Below, one piece after another: positions 1 to 10,607 of a DNA stretch of 64,000 nucleotides. The position numbers and the translations under genes were made by a program. This DNA comes from an uncultured Verrucomicrobiae bacterium. GTDB lineage: Bacteria > Verrucomicrobiota > Verrucomicrobiia > Chthoniobacterales > JAFAMB01. The notes beneath the pieces are model-generated. The model was not told where the DNA came from. It saw only the letters and a list, made by a program, of their open reading frames with translations, and searched no databases. Each line of letters begins with the position of its first letter. Within the stretch, counting starts at the first letter, position 1. The stretch is taken from the NCBI GenBank assembly GCA_963837955.1, contig CAWIPH010000002.1, positions 2,848,001 through 2,912,000 on the forward strand, written 5' to 3'.

Positions 1-318
1 GATACTCCGGCCGGCACCTATAAAATTATGCAGAAAGATCCTGACCACGCGTCCAGTCTCTACGGTGACTACGTCGATGCAGCCGGAAATGTGGTCCAAA
101 AGGATGTTGATGTAACTAAAGATCCAGTGCCACCGGGTGCCCATTTCAAAGGAGCTCCAATGCCTCATTTCATGCGGATTACAGGGGGCGTCGGGATGCA
201 CGAGGGTTATTTGCCAGGTTACCCGGCGTCGCATGGCTGCATCCGGATGCCTGGAAAAATGGCTCTAATCTTCTACAACAACGTCGATATCGGTACGCCA
301 GTTACCATCGTGAAGTAG
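1..318 (+). CDS. L,D-transpeptidase family protein (5' truncated by window edge)
   Basis: YkuD-type catalytic motif GMHEG...SHGCIRM and terminal GTPVTI; frame open from base 1. Confidence 0.85.
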   Translation, partial: DTPAGTYKIMQKDPDHASSLYGDYVDAAGNVVQKDVDVTKDPVPPGAHFKGAPMPHFMRITGGVGMHEGYLPGYPASHGCIRMPGKMALIFYNNVDIGTPVTIVK

Positions 319-353
319 AACGGGTCAGCAGTTGACGGTTTGCGATCCCCGGC

Positions 354-523
354 GGGAGGGATCGCAGCCTGTCCGACATAGCTTTTGATGCATCGCGCTC
401 AACGACCGTGCGCTTTGCGACGTCGGATCCTCGCGATCCGCGGCGCACGAGGATCCGACGTCGCGTTCAAGCATTCTGCACCGGAATCCGGAAGGCTATG
501 TCGGACAGGCTGTGCGCCCTCCC
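354..523. repeat. REP/REPIN-like nested palindromic element
   Basis: Outer inverted repeat 354-382/495-523 (26/29 match) enclosing a perfect 17-bp stem 417-433/448-464; related copies at 1896, 30849, 52314. Confidence 0.8.
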
Positions 524-720
524 CACCCTTCGTGGGGTCCCTGCAGGGAATTCGACCCGCCTCGATCGAGTAGAGAAAAACTATTCAGTGTAGCGATAGA
601 ATTCCGGGCATTATTTCCGCAAGTTGAGCGCGTAAATTGAACGCCCGGATATCGGGATGACCAGGATGGTCAACCCAGGCGGAACACAAGACCGCGGCAA
701 GCGAATCAAATCGATACACC

Positions 721-1317
721 ATGAAGGACGTTTTTTTGTCGCGGCGCAGCTGCCTGCGGCTGTCCGCCTTGGCAGGCTGCTCGATGCTACTGGGCGGCCA
801 CGGATCAGCGGCGGTAGAGCCTTTACCAAGTGATTACATCCGGCCCGGGCCCGTTACCGCCCGAGGGAGCGCTCCGGCCCTGAAGAGCCAATTACTTTCC
901 CGGGGAAACGCCAGAACCTACGCCATCGTCTTTGGCAAAGACGATGAGTTTATGGCCGGGCTCACTGAGTTCGCAGAGAACAACCATTTCTCAGCGAGCC
1001 ATTTCACCGCAATCGGCGCTTTTCACGAAGCCCTTTTTGGGTGGTTCGATGGCGAGAAAAAGGCCTACCGAAAAATCCCAATCACTGACCAGGTCGAAGT
1101 AGCATCTTTGATCGGAGACATTGGGTTGGTCAACGGAAAGCCTGCGGTCCATGCTCATGCCGTGGTTGGTTTCCCGGATGGCACCACACGAGGCGGCCAC
1201 ATCATCAGCGCGACTGTGTGGCCGACACTGGAGCTATTTTTGACCGACGAACCCGCTACTCTGGTAAAGGAGGAAGATCCTGAGACGGATCTTTTTCTCT
1301 TCGATCCGAAATCCTGA
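721..1317 (+). CDS. PPC/DUF296 domain protein with twin-arginine signal peptide
   Basis: SRRSCL plus hydrophobic stretch; EVASLIGDI, HAHAV and GGHI motifs of DUF296. Confidence 0.8.
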   Translation: MKDVFLSRRSCLRLSALAGCSMLLGGHGSAAVEPLPSDYIRPGPVTARGSAPALKSQLLSRGNARTYAIVFGKDDEFMAGLTEFAENNHFSASHFTAIGAFHEALFGWFDGEKKAYRKIPITDQVEVASLIGDIGLVNGKPAVHAHAVVGFPDGTTRGGHIISATVWPTLELFLTDEPATLVKEEDPETDLFLFDPKS

Positions 1318-1407
1318 ATCAGGATCGCCCCCTAAATTCCGCTTGAAACACAAACGACACCAAACATCCGGCAACTGCCGTTCAAGTATATAAAGGAGAT
1401 CAAAACC

Positions 1408-1716
1408 ATGGCTGAAGTCCAAGTGATCGCAAGAGCAGTGGCTCGCGAGGGAAAGGAAGACAAACTGAGAGCGCTGCTGCAAGGCATGCTCGCTCCTACC
1501 CAGCACGAACCGGGATGCCTACTCTATGAATTGTATGAGTCCGACACCTACGGCCGCTTTTATTTTCACGAGTTTTGGGAAAGCCAGGCGGCGCTCGCTG
1601 ACCATGTAGCCTCCCCTCACTATCAGCACCTGCAACAAGAGGTCGGGGATCTCTTGGAGGAACCTTTCGAGGTGAACATCTTGGAAGAGGTTCTTACCGG
1701 CGCGACCTCTTTTTGA
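1408..1716 (+). CDS. antibiotic biosynthesis monooxygenase (ABM) / putative quinol monooxygenase
   Basis: EPGCLLYEL, FxFHEFWESQAALADH motifs; AAGGAG SD upstream. Confidence 0.85.
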   Translation: MAEVQVIARAVAREGKEDKLRALLQGMLAPTQHEPGCLLYELYESDTYGRFYFHEFWESQAALADHVASPHYQHLQQEVGDLLEEPFEVNILEEVLTGATSF

Positions 1717-1895
1717 GGCACTTCGCTTGGATTCAGTCGAGTCGTGAAAAACTTGGCGGTAGAAATCCCGTGGTATTTGCAATCTGGCCCAAGGTCTATC
1801 GGACCTCGAAGCGAGTTGGCCGTTGACGATTGGTGGCCAGGTGCAGAGGTCCGGCTCACGCGCATGCGCGTCATGATATGAGGAAGCGCTTGGCG

Positions 1896-2004
1896 GGGAG
1901 GGATCGCGTCCTCGCGATACGCGGCGCACGAGGATCCGACGTCGCACTCAAGCGTTCTGCAGCAGGCATCCAAAAGGTATGTCGGACAGGCTGTGCGCCC
2001 TCCC
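1896..2004. repeat. REP/REPIN-like element, copy 2
   Basis: GGGAGGGATCGCGTCCTCGCGA...CGAGGATCCGACGTCGC...TGTCGGACAGGCTGTGCGCCCTCCC, closely matching the right part of the 354-523 element. Confidence 0.8.
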
Positions 2005-2383
2005 CCCTCCGGGGCAGAGAACCGGACATCGGCCCAAATTACGCGAATACACGCTCACGGGATCCAACAGAGCTGGGAGCACACACCTATCCCTAAGAAT
2101 CTCGGGAAGCGGCCGATCAGACCTGACCAGTAAACGCGCTCGCCATCTTTCGTATCGCTGGTGGCGATCTCTGGGCCTACCTGCCCCATGATTTTCCGAG
2201 TTCCTCTCCTGGATTCTAGATTCTAAATTCCGGATTCTGTTTTGGTTTCGCTTTGACAATTTCTTGATTTGGACAAATTTTACGGCCCGTTGAACATTCG
2301 TTCAGTCTCTTCTGTTCCGGAGCTGCGAATGTGTCCTCGACGCGCGTTGCGCGGCCCGTTATTTATAATGCTCACCCCCAGAT

Positions 2384-3385
2384 ATGAAAAAACTCATCAA
2401 TTCCCCTGAAAACATTGTTCATGAAGCGATGCAGGGCATGGTCGCCGCTCATGGCGATTTACTGAAGGCACATTTCGATCCCAACTTTCTGTTCCGCGCC
2501 GATGCACCGGTAAAAGGCAAAGTAGCGATCGTCTCCGGCGGAGGCAGCGGTCATGAACCGATGCACGGCGGCTTTGTTGGCAAAGGCATGCTCGACGCTG
2601 CTTGTCCGGGCGCGGTTTTCACTAGCCCGACCCCTGATCAAATGCATGAAGCCACCAAAGCCGTCAACGGCGGCAAAGGTGTCCTTCACATCGTTAAAAA
2701 CTACACGGGGGACGTTCTCAACTTCGAAATGGCCGCCGACCTCGCTCGCGGTGAAGGCATCGAAGTCGAAGCCATTGTCATCGACGACGATGTAGCCGTC
2801 AAAGATAGCACCTGGACAGCCGGGCGCCGAGGCGTCGGAACAACCGTACTGGCCGAGAAGATTTGTGGTGCCGCTGCCGAAGCCGGTCAGTCGCTGGCCG
2901 AAGTCGCTGCCCTTTGCAAGAAGGTAAACGGACAAGGCCGCAGTATGGGCATGGCGTTAACCTCCTGTACCGTGCCGCATGTCGGTAAACCGACTTTTGA
3001 ACTCGGTGAGAATGAGATGGAAATGGGAGTCGGCATTCATGGTGAGCCGGGCCGCCAACGGATGAAATTGGCGAGTGCGGACGAGATCACCGAAATGCTG
3101 CTAAAGCCGATCATTGAGGACATCCCTTTCAAGTCTGGAGATAACGTGCTGCTGTTTGTCAACAGTATGGGCGGCACGCCAGCGATCGAGTTGTACGTTA
3201 TCTATCGGAAAGCGCACGAGATGCTGACCAAGGCTGGGATTAAAGTGACCCGCAACCTAGTGGGTCCCTACATCACCAGTTTGGAAATGGCTGGAGCCTC
3301 CATCACCGTTTTGAAGTTGGACGACCAACTTACCAAACTGTGGGACGCCCCCGTCCACACGCCAGGCCTTCGATGGGGAGTGTGA
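2384..3385 (+). CDS. dhaK: dihydroxyacetone kinase subunit K
   Basis: MKKLIN start, [22 protein letters not shown] motifs. Confidence 0.97.
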   Translation: MKKLINSPENIVHEAMQGMVAAHGDLLKAHFDPNFLFRADAPVKGKVAIVSGGGSGHEPMHGGFVGKGMLDAACPGAVFTSPTPDQMHEATKAVNGGKGVLHIVKNYTGDVLNFEMAADLARGEGIEVEAIVIDDDVAVKDSTWTAGRRGVGTTVLAEKICGAAAEAGQSLAEVAALCKKVNGQGRSMGMALTSCTVPHVGKPTFELGENEMEMGVGIHGEPGRQRMKLASADEITEMLLKPIIEDIPFKSGDNVLLFVNSMGGTPAIELYVIYRKAHEMLTKAGIKVTRNLVGPYITSLEMAGASITVLKLDDQLTKLWDAPVHTPGLRWGV

Positions 3386-3420
3386 TTGATTGTTGTCAGC
3401 CACTCTTGCAAGATTGCGCA

Positions 3421-4056
3421 ATGTCGGAATTGACTTCAGATCAAATGGTAAAATGGCTGGAGCGCTTTGCCGCACTCGTAGCCGAAAACAAGGATCATTT
3501 AACCCAGCTCGATTCCGCCATCGGTGATGCCGACCATGGAGCCAATATGGATCGAGGCTTCAAGGCGGTTTTAGCCAAAAAGCCGGAATATGAAGGTAAA
3601 GACATCGCGACCGTTTTCAAAACGGTCGCGATGACGTTGATTTCGACGGTTGGCGGTGCCAGTGGTCCGCTGTACGGCACGTTCTTCTTGCAAGCTGCGC
3701 TAGCCGCTGGAGGGAAATCAACCATCTCAGCCGAAGAATTCGGAGCACTTTTGGAAAAAGCGGTTAACGGCGTGATTCAGCGTGGGAAAGCCGCGCCGGG
3801 CGACAAAACCATGATCGACGCTATGCAGCCCGCGGTAGAAGCTTATCGCAAGACTGTCAAAGAAGGAGGGTCCTTCGCTGAAGCGCTGAAAAAAGCGGAC
3901 GAAGCCGCTCGGGAAGGCACGAAGACCACAATCCCGCTTGTGGCAAGGAAAGGGCGAGCCAGTTATCTCGGAGAGCGAAGCGCCGGGCATCAGGATCCGG
4001 GCGCTACCTCAACCGCCCTTCTCTTCCAGGCCGCCGCTGAGTCGTTGAAAAGCTAA
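3421..4056 (+). CDS. dhaL: dihydroxyacetone kinase ADP-binding subunit L
   Basis: LDSAIGDADHG, GGASGPLYG, GRASYLGERS, DPGA motifs; start moved to ATG 3421. Confidence 0.96.
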   Translation: MSELTSDQMVKWLERFAALVAENKDHLTQLDSAIGDADHGANMDRGFKAVLAKKPEYEGKDIATVFKTVAMTLISTVGGASGPLYGTFFLQAALAAGGKSTISAEEFGALLEKAVNGVIQRGKAAPGDKTMIDAMQPAVEAYRKTVKEGGSFAEALKKADEAAREGTKTTIPLVARKGRASYLGERSAGHQDPGATSTALLFQAAAESLKS

Positions 4057-4105
4057 TGGCCTTTGATCGCAGCGAAAGCCATGCTATGTCGCGGACGGCA
4101 CAGTA

Positions 4106-6655
4106 ATGCTTGGACTTCTTCTTGTCTCCCATTCTCGCGCTCTAGCCGAAGCTGCGGTTGACCTGATCCGACGTACCGTAAGCGAAACGCTGCCGATCGC
4201 GGCCGCCGGCGGCGTAGGCGAAACGCACTCCGAAATTGGAACCGATGTCATCGACATCCAACAGGGCATCGAATCAGTAGCCCAGCCTGATGGCGTACTG
4301 GTGCTGATGGACCTGGGTAGCGCGATTCTGAGCGCCGAAATGGCGAAGGATTTGTTGGACGAGCCAATTAAATCCAATGTTCGGCTTTGTTCGGGTCCAC
4401 TCGTTGAGGGAGGAATCGCGGCTGCTGTCCAAATTCAGGCCGGTTCAACAGCGGAGGACGTCGTCTCCGCTGCTCAGCGCAGCCTTCTTCCGAAGCAGGA
4501 TCAATTAGGCGAGTCCGTCGACGTTACGGAGAGATCGGGCGCTCTGGTGGCGCCCACGGAGAGTTTCCAAGCCGTCTTAGAGAATGTCTATGGACTGCAC
4601 CTAAGACCCGTGGCTGCCCTTATCCGATCGCTCGGGCCCGATGCGAAAAGCGTACAGATCGAAAATGTCACGGGCCAACGAGGTCCCGTGATCGCCGCCA
4701 GTCTCGTAGATATTGCGCGACTCCAAGGCAAGAAAGGAGACACCATCCGATTCCTGCTCTCAGGCCCAAATACCGCTCACGTCAAGCGAGAGCTGGAAAA
4801 GTTTTTGGAACAACTGCAGCATGAGGACGCCCATCCCCAACCGATCGCAGCAAAAGATGGATCGGTAAACCAGGAACCAATTCCAGTCTCTCCTGGACTG
4901 GCTCTCGGGCGCGTCCGCTTTGACGACCAAGCCGATATCAGCATTCCCGATACTCGACCAAATACTCCGGAGGAGATAGAGACCGAATGCCGGCGCTTGA
5001 CCGAGGCCACCATAGTCGCACAACAGCACGTTTCACAAAGAGTCGCGAAGTTCCGTTCCTCCTTGGATCCCGCAGATCTGGCAATCTTAGAAGCGCAACA
5101 ACTGATCCTGTCCGACCAGACGCTCGTGGCCCGCGCCCAGGAGCGCATTCGGTCAAAACCAGCCAACGCCGCCGCCGCCTGGTATCAGACATTGATTGAG
5201 GTTGCTGATGATCAAGCTGGGGCTGGTGACGACTATTTGAGGCAACGCGCCGTGGACTTTCGCGAGGCCGCAACCGCAGTGGTCCAGCAATTGATCGGTA
5301 AGACTGATCCGTTTGCCGATGTGAGCGAAGACTCCATCCTGGTTTGTCAGGAACTAACCCCTACCCTAATCGATCAGATCCAATCGACGCGTATCGTTGG
5401 CGCCATCCAATTGGGCGGAGGGTCCCTTTCCCACGGAGCGATCCTGGCCCGATCACTTGGCCTGCCTGCAGTCGGTAACGCTGCCCGATTAGAGCCCGTG
5501 CTCCGTTCAGCCCAGTTAGTTGCAATCGATGGCAGCAATGGCCAACTACTCGTGGATCCCGCACCGGAAGTGGTTCAGGAATGGCGCAAAAGACAAAAGC
5601 AAACCCGAGAACTCCACGAAAAGGCTGTACAGCTGAGCCAGGTGCCGGCGGTTTCTGCCGATAATGTACAGTTTTTGATAGCGGCCAACGCCGGTAAACG
5701 GCGCGATGTTGAACTCGCCCTTCACAACGGTGCAGACGGAATCGGATTGTTTCGCTCTGAATTCCTCTTTGACGCCTTCCAGACGCTCCCATCCGAAGAG
5801 GAACAGTTGGCCGCCTACCGGGACGCCCTTGATCCGATTCTGGCCGACCCGCGCCGAAAATTCAGTTCGAGCCAACCGCCCCAATCAGCTGGTTCGAATG
5901 CAGATCAATTAGCTTCGACAGAATTCTTCGTCACCCTTCGGCTGCTCGATATTGGCGGTGATAAGCCGTTACCTTTTCTCTCCCCTGGCAAAGAGAGCAA
6001 TCCATTTCTGGGGGTACGCGGACTCCGCCTTTTATTGCGTAATCCGGAATTCTTCGGATCTCATCTTTGCGCGATCCTGCGTCTCGCTCAGACTTTTGCG
6101 GTCAAACTTCTGGTGCCGATGGTCACTTCAGTGGCCGAAATCTTGCAGCTTAAACAGCATTTACAGACTGCGCACGAGTCGCTGAAAACGCGCGATGTCC
6201 CCCATCGGTGGCCAGTGGAGGTCGGTATTATGATCGAAACACCTGCCGCCGCAATCGCCTTCGATCAGATGATCGAGCATCTCGATTTTGCCAGCATCGG
6301 CACGAACGATCTGACCCAGTATGTCCTCAGCGCAGAGCGCGGCAATCCGCAGCTGGAAGAGTTTGCCGATTCACTGCATCCCGCCGTGCTCCGGCTCTGC
6401 CAGCAAGTGATTGGCTTAGCGAATCAGCGAAATTTCCCGATCTCAATCTGCGGCGAGATTGCGTCCGATCCGGTAGCTGTTCCGTTGCTGGCTGGCTTAG
6501 GTTTGCGAGTATTGAGTGTGGCGCCAACCGCAGTGCCGATAATCAAGGAAACGATTCGCACACTCTCCTTATCGGAAATGACACCAACCCGAATCGCGCA
6601 TCTTCTGGGGCTACCAGGCGCTGGCGAAATCCGGGCGGCGCTGCGGGTGCGCTAG
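4106..6655 (+). CDS. dhaM: DhaM(EIIA)-HPr-Enzyme I fusion phosphotransferase
   Basis: N-terminal VSHS/MDLGSA (DhaM), GLHLRP (HPr-like), SHGAILAR His domain, GIGLFRSE, DIGGDK, SIGTNDL, CGE (EI C-domain). Confidence 0.9.
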   Translation: MLGLLLVSHSRALAEAAVDLIRRTVSETLPIAAAGGVGETHSEIGTDVIDIQQGIESVAQPDGVLVLMDLGSAILSAEMAKDLLDEPIKSNVRLCSGPLVEGGIAAAVQIQAGSTAEDVVSAAQRSLLPKQDQLGESVDVTERSGALVAPTESFQAVLENVYGLHLRPVAALIRSLGPDAKSVQIENVTGQRGPVIAASLVDIARLQGKKGDTIRFLLSGPNTAHVKRELEKFLEQLQHEDAHPQPIAAKDGSVNQEPIPVSPGLALGRVRFDDQADISIPDTRPNTPEEIETECRRLTEATIVAQQHVSQRVAKFRSSLDPADLAILEAQQLILSDQTLVARAQERIRSKPANAAAAWYQTLIEVADDQAGAGDDYLRQRAVDFREAATAVVQQLIGKTDPFADVSEDSILVCQELTPTLIDQIQSTRIVGAIQLGGGSLSHGAILARSLGLPAVGNAARLEPVLRSAQLVAIDGSNGQLLVDPAPEVVQEWRKRQKQTRELHEKAVQLSQVPAVSADNVQFLIAANAGKRRDVELALHNGADGIGLFRSEFLFDAFQTLPSEEEQLAAYRDALDPILADPRRKFSSSQPPQSAGSNADQLASTEFFVTLRLLDIGGDKPLPFLSPGKESNPFLGVRGLRLLLRNPEFFGSHLCAILRLAQTFAVKLLVPMVTSVAEILQLKQHLQTAHESLKTRDVPHRWPVEVGIMIETPAAAIAFDQMIEHLDFASIGTNDLTQYVLSAERGNPQLEEFADSLHPAVLRLCQQVIGLANQRNFPISICGEIASDPVAVPLLAGLGLRVLSVAPTAVPIIKETIRTLSLSEMTPTRIAHLLGLPGAGEIRAALRVR

Positions 6656-7160
6656 CTTGCCGGAATCGTCGAGCCAATGATCAGATTGGCTAGGATGAAG
6701 AAACCAATCGGCCAGGTTATATATGTAGCTATTAAAGCTACATTGTTACCAGTTGTTCAGGCGACCCGCAGTCGAATCTTGACAGCCTAGCCAAGTCCGC
6801 AGGCTGAGATCCGACTTGGCCGCTGCTCGCCAAGCCCTCTCTGGGGCTAATCTTTCCTTGCCAAGCCCAGGTGAAACGACTAATGGATGTAAAGATTTAC
6901 ATTGCCCCCCCATTTCAAGGCAAGTATGTCCACGCTGGCATTGCGGAAGGAGTGCCACTCAGTCTCTGAAGCTCGTCGGCTCCGGTCGATGCAGTGGCCA
7001 CTATTTCCGCAACGATGCGAAGACTTGTTCCTGGTTCATTTCAACACCGAGCTAACTCGTGAAAGGCTGCATTGTGTGGACGAACAGGGATGCGCGAACC
7101 GCGGTTGCCCGGGCCAGGACAGGCCGAAAGCAGTCTACCTAAACTCAAAAGAAATAACTT

Positions 7161-8558
7161 ATGCTCGATCGACCCCTTACCGATGTATCCCAGGATGAGG
7201 ACAATTCCCCGGCGCTGAGTGGTATCACTCGCCGAGAGTTGATTACCAGAAGTGGAAAAATTGTTGTAGCAGCGGCAGTCTCGTCGGCGTTCTCGCCATT
7301 CACGATTAATGTCAAAGCAGCACCGGTAAAGACCCTGTCCTTCTGGCAATTCTATGCCCCGGGAGGGCAAAGTAGCACTCAGAGCAAATGGTTCGAAGAT
7401 TGCGTTAAAGCCTGGAACGCCACGCACGATGTGAAGGTCGAGCTTCAGTATGTGCCAAACGTCGAGTATATGAACGGCTCAAAGCTACAGACCGCTTTCG
7501 CTTCGGGTCAGGGCCCGGATATTTTCATTATCAGCCCCGGCGACTTCCTTCGGTACTACAACGGCGGGGTTTTGGTTGATCTTGCCCCCTATATGGAAGA
7601 AGCGGCCCGAAACGACTTCTTTGCCAACGTGATGGAGACTCGGATCGTCGACGGAAAAATCTACGGGCTCCCGATGGAAGCCGAGCCGATGGCGATGTAC
7701 TACAGCGTCAAAGCCTTCGAAGAAGCCGGCCTTTCCGAGGCAGATATTCCGAAAACCTGGGATCACTTCTTGGAGATCGCCCGCAAGTTAACCAAAGGCA
7801 ACCGTTTCGGTTGTCTCTTCGAAACTGGACCCGGCTACTACCAAACTTTTACCTGGTACCCGTTCATGTGGCAAGGGAACGGGGATATCGCCACCACCGA
7901 CGGGAAAAAAAGTGCATTTAACTCTCCCGGTACGATTCAGGCGCTCAAATTGTGGCAAGATACGATCCAGCAGAACTTTGCGCCGCGCAATGGACTGGGA
8001 GGCGGCGGCGGCGATGTCGTTGCTAATTTAGCTTCCGGCTATTGCGCAATGCAAAATCTCGGCATTTGGGGCGTTAGCGCTTTGCGGGAGAACGCTAAAG
8101 ATTTTCAATACGGTGTCTTTCCGCTCCCCCTGCCTGCAAATGGACAGGCGAGAACAATTTTCGGCGGATGGGCTTTCGTTGCCAACGCCAAGGGCAGGAA
8201 CCCGGAGGAAGCCGCGAAATTTTGCGTTTGGGCGCTCGGTTCAATGCAAGAAGATTCGGTCCAGAGAGTTGTCGATTGGTGCATCAAAGCCAAGAGCGAC
8301 GTATCCCCTCGCAAATCGGCTCTGGACAAGGCAACCGCGCAGGGAGGGTACGACAGCGGTCCGATGAAGCTGTTCAAGAATGACATCTTCCCAACCGGCA
8401 GAGGCGAGCCCCGAGTTCCACCAGAGGTTTACAAAGCGGTATCGGACGCTATCCAAGCCTGCCAACTTGGCGGAGCCGATCCCAAGCAGCAAGCTGAGGA
8501 AGCCTCCCAACGGATCGAGAGCTTTTTGGCCGGCTACACAGGCGCATCATTGCGCTGA
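7161..8558 (+). CDS. carbohydrate ABC transporter substrate-binding protein (CUT1), Tat signal
   Basis: TRRELI twin-Arg signal; GPDIF, DGKIYGLP, PKTWD motifs. Confidence 0.9.
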   Translation: MLDRPLTDVSQDEDNSPALSGITRRELITRSGKIVVAAAVSSAFSPFTINVKAAPVKTLSFWQFYAPGGQSSTQSKWFEDCVKAWNATHDVKVELQYVPNVEYMNGSKLQTAFASGQGPDIFIISPGDFLRYYNGGVLVDLAPYMEEAARNDFFANVMETRIVDGKIYGLPMEAEPMAMYYSVKAFEEAGLSEADIPKTWDHFLEIARKLTKGNRFGCLFETGPGYYQTFTWYPFMWQGNGDIATTDGKKSAFNSPGTIQALKLWQDTIQQNFAPRNGLGGGGGDVVANLASGYCAMQNLGIWGVSALRENAKDFQYGVFPLPLPANGQARTIFGGWAFVANAKGRNPEEAAKFCVWALGSMQEDSVQRVVDWCIKAKSDVSPRKSALDKATAQGGYDSGPMKLFKNDIFPTGRGEPRVPPEVYKAVSDAIQACQLGGADPKQQAEEASQRIESFLAGYTGASLR

Positions 8559-8605
8559 TCGCTGTCCCGACGGAGGAGAATCGGACGGAGAAACCAGCTC
8601 GCTTC

Positions 8606-9607
8606 ATGAAGATACTGCCTCAAGCGCTTACTCGGGCCAAGTCGTATGTCTCGGCAAAGTCCAACAGTTCGCGAGGCAGTAGCCGGGATCAATCGTCTCA
8701 ACCGCGACCCGCACTCTTTTGGACGCGCTCGAGGAAGGAATCTTTGGCCGCGTTTCTCTTCATTCTTCCCGATTCGCTCGGGCTTCTTGTCTTCGTGGCC
8801 GCTCCGATGCTACTCGCTCTAAGTCTCGGATTTTTTACTGTCGACGGTTTTGGTGGTTACCAATTCGCCGGTCTCGCGAACTACAACCGGATGTTTCACG
8901 ATCCGTTGTTTCTCAAGAGCCTATGGGTGACCGTGGTCTATGTGTTAGTGTTGGTCCCTGGTCTCTATGTGACCGGGCTGGGACTCGCTTTACTAGTGAG
9001 TCAGAGAATTCCTCTGATCGGTCTTTGGCGCAGCCTCTTCTTCATGCCGTACGTCGTCAGTCTTGTCGTTGTCGGTTTGATCTGGCAAGTCATGCTCATC
9101 GACAAGATCGGGTTCATAAACCAGATGTTGCAACTGATACACATTTCTGGCCGTTCCTGGTTGGGAGAGCCTAATCTCGCGTTAGGATCTATCCTGATTG
9201 TAACCATCTGGTTTTTGATGGGCTATTATATGATAATTTTTTTGACCGGCCTACAGGAGATACCCCGAGAGTATTATGACGCGGCTAAAATTGACGGAGC
9301 GACTCCCTGGACCCTGTTCACAAAGATCACCCTGCCTTTACTGCAGCCGACTAGTTTCTTCGTACTCCTAGTATCAACCGTGACTGCGGTCGCTGGCTCT
9401 CAGGCCTTCGATTTGATCTATGTAATGACCAAAGGCGGACCCGCTAATTCCACGTCGCTTGCTATTTTTTATATTTACCAGCAAGCATTCCAGTTTAACA
9501 ACTATGGCTACGCCGCTGCCATGGCTTCGTCCTTGGTAGTTGTCCTTCTAGTCATCACGACCGCTCTATTTGCCCTTACTCGGGGGGGACGTTTTCACCT
9601 CGACTAG
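8606..9607 (+). CDS. carbohydrate ABC transporter permease
   Basis: Multiple TM segments; EAA-type loop YYDAAKIDGA; MTKGGP. Confidence 0.93.
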   Translation: MKILPQALTRAKSYVSAKSNSSRGSSRDQSSQPRPALFWTRSRKESLAAFLFILPDSLGLLVFVAAPMLLALSLGFFTVDGFGGYQFAGLANYNRMFHDPLFLKSLWVTVVYVLVLVPGLYVTGLGLALLVSQRIPLIGLWRSLFFMPYVVSLVVVGLIWQVMLIDKIGFINQMLQLIHISGRSWLGEPNLALGSILIVTIWFLMGYYMIIFLTGLQEIPREYYDAAKIDGATPWTLFTKITLPLLQPTSFFVLLVSTVTAVAGSQAFDLIYVMTKGGPANSTSLAIFYIYQQAFQFNNYGYAAAMASSLVVVLLVITTALFALTRGGRFHLD

Positions 9608-9610
9608 ACG

Positions 9611-10468
9611 ATGCTTCCGCAAGTCTCCCATCACACTCTGAACAAGCCGGCGCCGCGTAGGTTTCGCCTGCGGCGATTCGCAGTTCTTCTTGCGACCGCC
9701 ACGCTCGCTATTCTCACAGCCTCACCGCTAGTTTGGATGATCTCAGCGGCGTTTAAGGGACCTAGCGAAATTTTCGCGACTAACATTATCCCTCAGCATC
9801 CCACTCTGGATAATTTCCAGTACGTATTCACTCAACTGCCCTTTCTTCGCTACGTTGTTAACACATTTTTCGTGGCCGGAACCATCACGGTGGTCGCCCT
9901 GTTCTTTCACTCGATGGCGGCGTTTGCGTTCGCTCGACTGCGATTCCCAGGACGCGATGTTATTTTTATGGGGATCTTTTCAACCTTCCTAGTCTCCTTA
10001 CCGGTCATTATCGTGCCGTTGTTTATCCTCGTCCGACAACTTGGAATGGTTAATAACTACGCAGGACTAATAATACCCGCCATATTTAATGCCTTTGGAA
10101 TTTTCCTTCTACGCCAGTTTTATATCGCAATACCGCGCGAGTTACAGGAGGCAGCGATCATCGACGGTGCCAGTTATTGGGGCGTCTATTGGAATGTTAT
10201 GCTTCCTTTGAGCCGGCCCATTTTGTCAGCGCTCGCCGTTTTCTTCTTTCTCGTTAATTGGAATTCCTTTCTCTGGCCATTGACCATCACGACGAATCAG
10301 GAGTTGTGGGTTGTACAGGTCGCAATCGCTAGCTTTCACGCCCAGTATTCAGCGGCCTGGAACTATATCATGGCTGCCTCGGCCGTCGTCGCCTTGCCAA
10401 CACTACTGCTATTTTTCTTTTTTCAACGCCAGCTCGTCGAATCGATCAAGACGACCGGTTTAAAATAG
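9611..10468 (+). CDS. carbohydrate ABC transporter permease
   Basis: ELQEAAIIDGA loop; WNSFLWPL. Confidence 0.93.
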   Translation: MLPQVSHHTLNKPAPRRFRLRRFAVLLATATLAILTASPLVWMISAAFKGPSEIFATNIIPQHPTLDNFQYVFTQLPFLRYVVNTFFVAGTITVVALFFHSMAAFAFARLRFPGRDVIFMGIFSTFLVSLPVIIVPLFILVRQLGMVNNYAGLIIPAIFNAFGIFLLRQFYIAIPRELQEAAIIDGASYWGVYWNVMLPLSRPILSALAVFFFLVNWNSFLWPLTITTNQELWVVQVAIASFHAQYSAAWNYIMAASAVVALPTLLLFFFFQRQLVESIKTTGLK

Positions 10469-10607
10469 GCGCATGATCCGCGGGAGCGCACTACAATAAT
10501 GCCGCACTCTTATCGCCCCATCTCCTCAAGTTGATAAAATAACTTTCGATCGGTCCAAGCTGCGATCATGTGTCGTCTCCCTCAACAGGTGCTAAATCTC
10601 TCCTCCC

